DNA of 64,000 nucleotides, taken from a virus (taxonomy: Duplodnaviria; Caudoviricetes). Below, one piece after another: positions 37,728 through 46,900 of this stretch (within the stretch, counting starts at the first letter, position 1; each line of letters opens with the position of its first letter). Position numbers and translations under genes: made by a program. The stretch spans positions 10,500 through 74,499 of IMG/VR virus record IMGVR_UViG_3300025653_000030, one strand, 5' to 3'. The notes under the pieces were generated by a model, which saw only the letters and a list, made by a program, of their open reading frames with translations, searched no databases and had not been told where the DNA came from.

Positions 37728-39740
37728 ATGGCTTTAAATAGTATAACAAAGAAAACAAATTCTAATAGAGATATAAAATATCTTAATAAGGATTTCTCTA
37801 AATTCAGAGAAAACCTAATTGAGTATGCTAAAACCTATTTCCCACAAACATATTCTGATTTTAATGAAGCATCACCAGGTATGATGTTTATTGAAATGGC
37901 ATCTTATGTAGGAGATGTTCTTTCATATTATACTGATGATACTTTAAAAGAATCAATGATGTTATATGCTGAAGATAAAGAGAATGTTATCGCATTGGCA
38001 GAATATCTTGGATACAAATCAAAAGTAACATCACCAGCAATTGCTAAATTAGCAGTTTACCAAACTGTACCAGCAACCGGTACTGGTGTAGATGTTAGAC
38101 CAGATGAAGATTACTACTTAAGAATCAAAGAAGGAATGGTTATCAAATCAAATGATGCACAATCTTTGTTTAGAACAACTGAACTATTAGATTTTGCAGT
38201 TGAAGATGATAGAGAGATAACAATATATAGAAGTGATAGTGGAACTCCTACAACATATCTTGTAAAAAAATATGTAAATGCTATTTCTGCTGAACTTAGA
38301 AGTATCACATTTGATTTTGGAACTACTGCTAAACAATTTTCAAAAGTAGATTTGGGTGATGATAATGTAATTGATATTTACGATGTAAGAGATTCAAATG
38401 GAAACAAGTGGTACAAAGTTCCTTACTTAGCACAAGAAATGGTTTATGTTGATTACCCTAACTCTGAACAAAATGATAAAGATTTAGCACAATTCAAAGA
38501 TTCAGTACCAAACATTTTAAAGGTAATAAAAACATCTCGTAGATTTACTACAAAAATAAATGAAGATAATACTACTTCACTTGTATTTGGTGGAGGTTCT
38601 GCTGCAAATGATGAAACACTTATTCCTAATTTTAAAAATGTAGGATTAGGATTAAACTCATCTATTGATAGATTGGGTTCTTCATTTGACCCATCAAACT
38701 TCTTAAAAAGTAAAACATATGGACAAGCACCAACAGGTGAGTTTACAATTTCTTACTTAGTAGGTGGTGGTGTTTCTGCAAATGTGGGAACTGGTCAATT
38801 AAATAATATTGAAACTATTTCATTCGATGAAGATAGAAAAGTATTCACCGAATCAGAAACTACATTGTACAATCAATCAAAAGCTTCAGTAGCGTGTGAT
38901 AACGAAGAACCAGCAACTGGTGGTAGAGGTCCTGAAACTATTGATGAGATACGAGAAAATGCATTAGCAAACTTTGGTTCACAGAATAGAGCAGTAACAA
39001 GAAAAGATTATCAAGTTAGAGCACTTGCTTTACCTCCAAAGTTTGGTGGTATTGCAAAAGCATTTTGTGCACCTGATGGGGAATTAGATAATAACTCTCC
39101 AAGTTCAATACTAAATAATCCTGATTCATTAGAAGAATTTGCAGGATTAGTTCAAGGACTAAACGACAAAAAATTATCAGAACAAGAAATTAAAGATGAA
39201 CTTGTAAAATTCTTAGGTGCTAAAAAAGGAAATTCAACTGAAAAGAATAATCCATTTGCGATTAACCTTTATATATTAGGATATGATTCAAATAAAAATT
39301 TATCTACATTAAACAGAGCGGTTAAAGAAAACTTAAAAACATATATTAGTGAATATAGATTGTTAACTGATGGTGTGAATCTTTTAGATGGATTCATTAT
39401 AAACATTGGTGTTGACTTTGAGATTAGAGTATATGGTGGATATAACAAAAGAGAAGTTTTAACAAAAGTACAAAACGAATTATCAAAATATTTTAATATA
39501 GATAATTGGACATTCAATATGGCTATCAATATTTCCGAAATAGAATTATTGATTGCAGGAGTTGAGGGAGTACAGTCAGTACCTAAGTGTGAAATTACTA
39601 ACAAATGTTTAGGAAACTATTCATCACATTCATACAACATATCAGATGCAACAAAGGGTAAAATGGTTTATCCATCTTTAGACCCATCTGTATTTGAAGT
39701 TAAGTTTCCTAACAAAGATATAAGAGGGAGGGTTATCTAA
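37728..39740 (+). CDS. baseplate wedge protein gp6-like
   Basis: YLNKDF..FRENLI, DFNEASPGMMFIE, GGRGPETIDEIR, QNRAVTRKDY. Confidence 0.88.
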   Translation: MALNSITKKTNSNRDIKYLNKDFSKFRENLIEYAKTYFPQTYSDFNEASPGMMFIEMASYVGDVLSYYTDDTLKESMMLYAEDKENVIALAEYLGYKSKVTSPAIAKLAVYQTVPATGTGVDVRPDEDYYLRIKEGMVIKSNDAQSLFRTTELLDFAVEDDREITIYRSDSGTPTTYLVKKYVNAISAELRSITFDFGTTAKQFSKVDLGDDNVIDIYDVRDSNGNKWYKVPYLAQEMVYVDYPNSEQNDKDLAQFKDSVPNILKVIKTSRRFTTKINEDNTTSLVFGGGSAANDETLIPNFKNVGLGLNSSIDRLGSSFDPSNFLKSKTYGQAPTGEFTISYLVGGGVSANVGTGQLNNIETISFDEDRKVFTESETTLYNQSKASVACDNEEPATGGRGPETIDEIRENALANFGSQNRAVTRKDYQVRALALPPKFGGIAKAFCAPDGELDNNSPSSILNNPDSLEEFAGLVQGLNDKKLSEQEIKDELVKFLGAKKGNSTEKNNPFAINLYILGYDSNKNLSTLNRAVKENLKTYISEYRLLTDGVNLLDGFIINIGVDFEIRVYGGYNKREVLTKVQNELSKYFNIDNWTFNMAINISEIELLIAGVEGVQSVPKCEITNKCLGNYSSHSYNISDATKGKMVYPSLDPSVFEVKFPNKDIRGRVI

Positions 39741-40801
39741 TGTATTATTTCGTAACAGCATCAAAAGATGCATCAATATACTTACAACAACCAACTCAGA
39801 ATACTGGTTTTGATGAGATATTAGAAATATCAAAAACTTATTATGGTAGTTTAAAAGATATTTCTCGTTCTCTTATACAATTCGATATAAATTCTGTATC
39901 ACAATCAGTTGCAAGTGGAGATATAACCGCTTCATCTGCCGAGTTAGTAATTAGAGAATGTGAATCAATTGAAATACCTGTTAACTATTCTATCTATGCA
40001 TATCCTGTATCCGAATCTTGGGATATGGGAATCGGAACAAGGTTTGATGATATATCAACTGATGGTTGTAGTTGGAATAAAAGAAATTCATCTACTGATT
40101 GGTTAGTTGGTTCTGCATCTTTAGAAAGTTCTGGCTCATTTAATGGTAAGGGGGGAATGTGGTTTACTGGCTCATTTGCTACACAATCATTCTCATATGA
40201 ATCAAGTGATATAGTAATGGATGTATCCGAATCTGTATCATCATGGATTGATGGTGATTTACCAAACAATGGATTTATATTAAAACACGATTCATCTTTA
40301 GAAAATGATACTGAAGATTATGGTCAATTAAAATTCTTTTCAAAAGAAACAAATACTATTTACCAACCTAAGTTAAGAATTGGTTGGGATGATTCTACTT
40401 ACAATACTGGTTCATTAACTGAACTTACCGCTGATGATATTCATGTAACATTCAAAAGATTAAAAACCAGATATAAGAGAGGAAGTAAACCTACAATCAG
40501 AGTTTTTGCAAGAGAGAAATATCCTCTTAAAACTTACACCAATACATATTCTTACAATGATGTAAAGTATTTACCCTCAACTGTTTACTATCAAATAAAA
40601 GATATTATAACAGATGAGGTGATAGTACCATTCCATGATGATTATACTAAAGTCAGTTGTGATGCAAATGGGCACTTTTTTAAATTAAATTTACAAAATT
40701 GGGAAATAAATAGAGATTATTATATTGAAATAAAAATAAATAGAAATGGTGTGGTTGAATACTTTGAAGATAAGGATTTAACTTTCACAGTAGAATTATA
40801 A
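39740..40801 (+). CDS. putative virion structural protein
   Basis: ASKDASIY…NTG.DEILE, SRSLIQFD, FSKET.TIYQPKL; beta-rich. Confidence 0.6.
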   Translation: MYYFVTASKDASIYLQQPTQNTGFDEILEISKTYYGSLKDISRSLIQFDINSVSQSVASGDITASSAELVIRECESIEIPVNYSIYAYPVSESWDMGIGTRFDDISTDGCSWNKRNSSTDWLVGSASLESSGSFNGKGGMWFTGSFATQSFSYESSDIVMDVSESVSSWIDGDLPNNGFILKHDSSLENDTEDYGQLKFFSKETNTIYQPKLRIGWDDSTYNTGSLTELTADDIHVTFKRLKTRYKRGSKPTIRVFAREKYPLKTYTNTYSYNDVKYLPSTVYYQIKDIITDEVIVPFHDDYTKVSCDANGHFFKLNLQNWEINRDYYIEIKINRNGVVEYFEDKDLTFTVEL

Positions 40802-40802
40802 A

Positions 40803-42077
40803 ATGGCATTACAAGATAAATTTAGATTAAACGAACTTGTTAGTAAAGGTTCAAAAGCTATACCACGAGATAAATCTGGTGGTCTTGTTGTGCGTAAAAA
40901 AGATGAAAGACCAATTCCATCTCATCTTAAAAACGAAGAAGCTAAAAAGTTTGTTGACCTTAAAAGAAAAAAGTTACCAATACCTCCTTCTATTATTAAA
41001 AAACCAAAAAGAGATATTCCCTTTGGATTAAAACCAATTAAGGGTAAACAAATATCTCCAAAATATAAATCAGATTGGGTAGATACTGATGAGTTTGAAA
41101 AGATTAATGAAGAACAAGAATCATTTGGAGGAGAAACTGCAGGATACTTAGAAAAACCAACTTATAACGAAGAAGAACTTAAGAAAGCGGTTGATGTTGA
41201 GGTTGATGAATTAATTAAAAAGAAAAAACCCCAAAAGGGTCCGTATATTCTTTTAAAGAAATATAATGATTTACAAGCTCTTTACGATGCTAAAGTAGAT
41301 GAAGTAGAAGATTTAAGAAAACAATTAGATGAAGCAAATTCAGAGATAACTGCTTTAATAGGTGAAGTAGAATCACTAAGAGTACAATTAGATTCTGCTG
41401 AATTACAAAGAGCGGCATCTGAAAATGAAACACAAGTTGCAAATGAAAGATATGCTAAACTATTAGAAGATTTCCAACAAGCACTTATCAAAGGTACAAA
41501 AGAAGGTATTGAAAGAGTTTCATTAACTGCTCAAGTAAGAGGTTTACAGGCACAGAAAGCAACACTTGTAGAACAAGTTAAACTTGCAGATAGAATAGAA
41601 CAACAAGAAGAAGAAGCACAAGCAAGTACTGCAGATGCAATGGCGGCGGCTGAAGGTGCAGTACAATCGGGTGATTCTGCTTACAAAGTTACAAACAGAA
41701 CAACCGAAGATTATGATTTCAGATTCCAATCACTTAGAAAATCTGCAGGATGGACTAAGAATGGAAATAAATTAGAATTACTTAACTTAGATAATGAAAA
41801 AGAAGTAAGTTATTCAATCACAGTTAAAGCTAAAAGTGGTGGACATGGTTCACCATGGATTGGGTTCAGTCCAGCAAGTGGAACTATTCCAAAGAGAAGT
41901 GGTACTAATCCTGGTGTAGTTGGAGGTATAACTGCATCTAAAATAAGAAATGTTAGGTCACCAAAAGGTAGAAAGAAAACATTTGAAGATGAAGTAACAA
42001 TTAAAATAGGTGATAAAACATTAACAGCAAAAGCATTGTTTTATAGAAAACGAAGAAAAAAAGGTAAGAGTAACTAA
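40803..42077 (+). CDS. coiled-coil protein with beta-rich C-terminus
   Basis: Long heptad region and a basic C-terminus. Confidence 0.7.
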   Translation: MALQDKFRLNELVSKGSKAIPRDKSGGLVVRKKDERPIPSHLKNEEAKKFVDLKRKKLPIPPSIIKKPKRDIPFGLKPIKGKQISPKYKSDWVDTDEFEKINEEQESFGGETAGYLEKPTYNEEELKKAVDVEVDELIKKKKPQKGPYILLKKYNDLQALYDAKVDEVEDLRKQLDEANSEITALIGEVESLRVQLDSAELQRAASENETQVANERYAKLLEDFQQALIKGTKEGIERVSLTAQVRGLQAQKATLVEQVKLADRIEQQEEEAQASTADAMAAAEGAVQSGDSAYKVTNRTTEDYDFRFQSLRKSAGWTKNGNKLELLNLDNEKEVSYSITVKAKSGGHGSPWIGFSPASGTIPKRSGTNPGVVGGITASKIRNVRSPKGRKKTFEDEVTIKIGDKTLTAKALFYRKRRKKGKSN

Positions 42078-43990
42078 TGGCAATTCAAGGATTTAAAGAT
42101 ATAATCGATAGAAGAGGCTACAAGGTAGAACTTGAAGATAGAAAGATATTTGAAAAAGAAATGTCTAAATCTAACTTTGGGTTAGGGTGCTCTGATATGA
42201 TTGAATTTATCTTATATGATGTAAGTGAAAACCAATTACCTCAAGGTGATGATGGTAAGATGGTTCGTTATATCAGTATAAATGATTCAAACATAAATGA
42301 ATACTTTATCTTATCTGATAATCCTAATACCAAAAAGAAAAACGATACACCAGAATTTATTGTTGATATTGAAAAACTAATTAGAGAGGCAGGATACAAC
42401 AATGGTATTTTCAAAACTCAAGTAACATTATTAAACAGAAGAGTTGGTACTGAAGGTGGTGATGGTGATAACTTATGGATACATGAAATATCTCCATCAA
42501 GAACTGAGATAAGAATTTTACCTAACAGAGCTAAAGGACAAAATGTAGATTTAGAACAAAGATATTCAATCCTTACAGACGGTAGAAACTTTAGAGATGA
42601 TATTATTTATTATGTAAACACATATATAGAGAATTTAGATTTAGAAAAAATTCTTAATAACTTTTTATTTTCAAAAGGAAAAGAATCAGATGGTGTTCAA
42701 TATATAAATCTTATTAAAAAAGAATTTAACATTTCAAGCTTTGAAGTTTTTATAAATAGAATCAAAACAAAGTTCATTGAATCCATGAAATACTATGTTA
42801 GAGGTGCAGAGTGGGATATCAATAATATAAACTTTGGTAAATCAAAAAATGATATTGATTGTGTTGAGTTATCTTTAAAACAAATACAGAGTGATGCACA
42901 ACAATCATTATTAAATTGTATTGAATTTTATTTACCAAAAAGAAATATACAAAAAGATAACATCCTAACTAAAGAACAACAAGTAACACTTGATAAGGTT
43001 AAACAAATATTAAAATCATCTACATCCAACTCAGTATATAATTCAACTGTACCTGATACAATAGAAGGAGTTGTACGAGGATGTAATGACCCAAGTGCTG
43101 AAAACTATAATCCATTAGCAAAAGAAAATGATGGAAGTTGTAGGTACAAAGAGGTGGAAGAAGAAATTATAATTAAAGGATGTACTAAATCAAATGCATT
43201 AAACTACAACCCAAAGGCTACACAAGATGATGGAAGTTGTAAATATAAAAATGAACCTGATTGTGTAACTAAAAAATATTATGTATGGTCTGCAACCGCA
43301 AATATGAAGTGGAAACTGAATGGTCAAATCGGTGGTAACCAAAGAGGAGTTGAATACGATTCATTCTCAATTAAACATGATGTTGGTTCGTTTAAATTCG
43401 TAGGTGATGTTAGAGAAGTACCTAAACCAGTAACACAAGTACAAAGAACATTTAGATATGTTGTTACTAATGAAAATCACAAACCAAGATACAATCCTAT
43501 ACCAAACCCATATGATTTCAAAAGAGGATTCTATGGTGCTGGTTCTGGCGTAGGTGATATGTTTGGTCAAGGAAGAATACCATTTGGAGATAGACCTAAT
43601 CCATATTATGCAGATGAGGCACCGCCTGTATCAGTAACTTATATGGATGCACTTGGTAATAGAAAAACAAGTAGAATGTTAGCACCTGGTGATTCAACTA
43701 CAATATGTGCAAGAGAAGGTTCAGTAACACCTTCACCTGGTATAAGAATATCAAAAGGAGCAGTTTGTACTGGTGCAATTACACCACCAAAACCTCCAAT
43801 TGTAAGAATAGAACCACCAAGACCTACACCATCTCGTGGAGGAGGTGGAGGCTTTCAAGTCACCGGAGGTGGTGGAGGAGGCGGAGGCTTTCAAGATGAG
43901 TTTATAGAAGTTGGGGATGAGAGTGTTAATCCATTCACAAGACCTGGCGATAGAACAGATAGAGCAGTATTTACAAGGAATTATTACTAA
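42077..43990 (+). CDS. putative structural protein with GCxDxxAxNY…DGSC repeats
   Basis: I.EISPSRTEIR motif; two Cys repeats; Pro/Gly-rich tail. Confidence 0.7.
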   Translation: MAIQGFKDIIDRRGYKVELEDRKIFEKEMSKSNFGLGCSDMIEFILYDVSENQLPQGDDGKMVRYISINDSNINEYFILSDNPNTKKKNDTPEFIVDIEKLIREAGYNNGIFKTQVTLLNRRVGTEGGDGDNLWIHEISPSRTEIRILPNRAKGQNVDLEQRYSILTDGRNFRDDIIYYVNTYIENLDLEKILNNFLFSKGKESDGVQYINLIKKEFNISSFEVFINRIKTKFIESMKYYVRGAEWDINNINFGKSKNDIDCVELSLKQIQSDAQQSLLNCIEFYLPKRNIQKDNILTKEQQVTLDKVKQILKSSTSNSVYNSTVPDTIEGVVRGCNDPSAENYNPLAKENDGSCRYKEVEEEIIIKGCTKSNALNYNPKATQDDGSCKYKNEPDCVTKKYYVWSATANMKWKLNGQIGGNQRGVEYDSFSIKHDVGSFKFVGDVREVPKPVTQVQRTFRYVVTNENHKPRYNPIPNPYDFKRGFYGAGSGVGDMFGQGRIPFGDRPNPYYADEAPPVSVTYMDALGNRKTSRMLAPGDSTTICAREGSVTPSPGIRISKGAVCTGAITPPKPPIVRIEPPRPTPSRGGGGGFQVTGGGGGGGGFQDEFIEVGDESVNPFTRPGDRTDRAVFTRNYY

Positions 43991-46900
43991 TGGGAATATT
44001 TGATAGATTATTTTTCGGTGGGTTTGGTTCTTCTCAAAAGAATCAAAGAGCGGCAGAAAAGAGTAGAGAGATGAATTCTCCTCTACCTTTAATAATGCCT
44101 CCTATATCAACCCCTGCTCCAATTCCAACTACTATACCGATTAGAAACATCCCTGCTCCAGCACCAAGGATACAACCAAGACCAATTGCTCCAGGAATTA
44201 CCCCATCAGCATACGATAGAGATATTGGTGATGCGGCATCACGAACAATTATTCAAAGTAATCCATTAGATGTTGTAAGAGAAAGATTCGATAGAACTGA
44301 TATAGTAGCTGCCTCTCCATTTACACGAGGTAATGACCCGATGAGAGATGCTCTTATAGAAGATAGAGAAACTCGTCTTAGAGAAAGACCTTTAGATGTA
44401 CCAAGAGGTGATTTGGTTGATGATGTTATAATTAAAACACCACCACCGCCACCACCTCCACCTATCGTAAGTGGATGTATGGATAGAAGTGCAACAAACT
44501 TTAATCCAAGAGCAACTGTATCAAAACCTTCAATGTGTAAATATGAGGTGAAGGCACCTAAACCAATGTCAGAAAGTAGAACGATTTCTGTAACCGTTAC
44601 TTCTAACAAACCTGGTAATATTTTTATTGATGGAAAAGATACAAGTTCAGTTCCAAGTAAAACTTTTAATTATTCTGGTAAAGAATTATTAACACCAAAG
44701 TTTTTTAAAGTTAAAAAAGCTGGATTTACATCTGAAGATGAATATAAATTATATTCGGTAAGAAAAAAGTTTAAAAAAGAAATTAAACCACTTATACCAT
44801 TTGATGATATCGTAATTAACGAACCAGATGAGTTAGTACCTATTAGACCTAATGGTGTATTTGGTGAGATAGGTAATTTCGGTGGTCCTCTTGGGTTTAA
44901 TGATGGATTCAGAGATGGTAGATTTGGATTTAATCCAAGACAAACTTCTTTAGGATTTGCAAGACCTGTAAAACCAAAGATAATTACAAAACCAAGACCA
45001 ATCAGTATAGTAGAATATGATTTCTACGAGTTTAGATTAGAAAAAAATGGTAAGGAAGTTCCAGTATTAAATCAGATAAATAAAATAACTGATACTATTA
45101 ATAAAATACAATCAGTAACTTTAGATTTTGATTTAGATAAAATTATAGTAATAGACCCTCCAAAACAAACACCTTATGAAGTTAATATAGAAAGCTTCTT
45201 AGGTGAGGATGGTATTGTAAGATATGAAACTTCTTGGGGACAAAAAGGTTCATTATTAGATGATGATGATTTGGTTATAAAACATTTATCAGATGGTAAT
45301 AAAGAAGAAGATACACCTGAATATATTAAATTCACAGCACCAACTATATCTGATTTTACTCATACAGTAACTTTTACATATGATACACCAAACAAAAGAA
45401 AGAAAACTACAAATGTAACAAAAGACTTAACAATAGAACTTTCAAGTGGTGTAACAAATGTAGTTGTTAATGCAACTAAAGTTCCTGTTGAAGAATCTCC
45501 AACTAAACCAAGTATCAAAGCATCGGTAAATCGTGTTAAGTTAAATTTAGCATCTGATAGTAATGTTAAGATACCTTACACAAGTATAAATGCTGATAAA
45601 GTAATTTACACTCTTGGTAAAACAAAAAGAGAAATTGATTTAAGTGGTAGTTTAGTATTATCTAAAAGTGATTTCTACAATGGTGTTGGTAATTATACAA
45701 TTTATTTACAACCATCATCTAACAGAGGTGGAAGTGGTAATATAGAAAAGATTACGGTAACTGTTGAAAGTAAAGCTTTCATTCCTGGTCCTGATATTAC
45801 AACAATCAACTACCCTCAAAATATTAAGGGTGCCGATTTCAAAGGATTAAATGTTCCATTTGAAGTTAGTTGGCAATCTATAAACACAAACTATGTCCAC
45901 ATTTATGCTGGAAAGAAAAATGGTGCATCCTTCTTAGGTAAATTCTCACCATCAGGTTTAGCATCATTTAATGTTGTTGATATTGTAAGAAAATTAAAAG
46001 CGGGTAAAATAAGAATTGATGAAAACAGAGATGTTATACAATTCAGTTTAGTTTTAATTCCTTTTAACGAAGAAGGTGATGAAAAAACAGAAGGCAAGAA
46101 TGAAGTAATTAATATTACTTTTGATAAAGGAGATTTAACTCTTAGAAGAGGTAATGTAATTACAGATTTACAATCTGCTTTTGTAAGTCAGTTTGATGAT
46201 AGTTTATTCCAAGAATCAGTATCACCATTCCTAACACATTACTTACACTTAGGTGAGGGTGATAATAAATTAGTTGCAACATGGGGAGTTGATGAGGATA
46301 CTTTATCTACATTTGAAGATGACCTCGAAAATAATACTCGTAAAAGAGTTAAAACAGTAAAATCGTTAGTTTTAAAACTTTACGAACCATTACCACCAAC
46401 TGTAAATCCAAACGATAGTATTTGGTTATCGAAGGTACAGGCAATTCCTTTAATTGACCAGATTACTATAATCAATGATATTACAAAAGATTGTATTCCT
46501 CTTACTCCAAACTTTGCATTAGAAACAAATGATGCAATTGGATATCAAGTTCTTGATGATTTAGTTGCTAGTGGTTCATCAACTTCATCTGATTTAATAG
46601 GACAATTTGTTTCATCATCTGAATTTTCTTTAGAAAATCTTGATATACAATTTACAACATCTTCAAAAATATTAGTAGAAAGTAATAATGGTGGAAATTA
46701 TTTTTCAGAAACAGATACAGAAGACTACTATTGGAAAAACTTTGTAAAATATTCTTCAGCAGAAGAAAGAGTAGAAAATTTTGTTTACAAAGTAAAATTA
46801 ATTGAATCATACGAATCAAAATATAATGGTTTAGTATCTGGTAGTTCAATTGATTTTGGTAGTGGAACATCATCATCTATTACAGGTTCTGCTTCAAGTT

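Noticed and set aside
43705-43899. Arg-rich alternative-frame ORF
   Set aside because: By-product of Gly/Pro codon runs in 42077-43990
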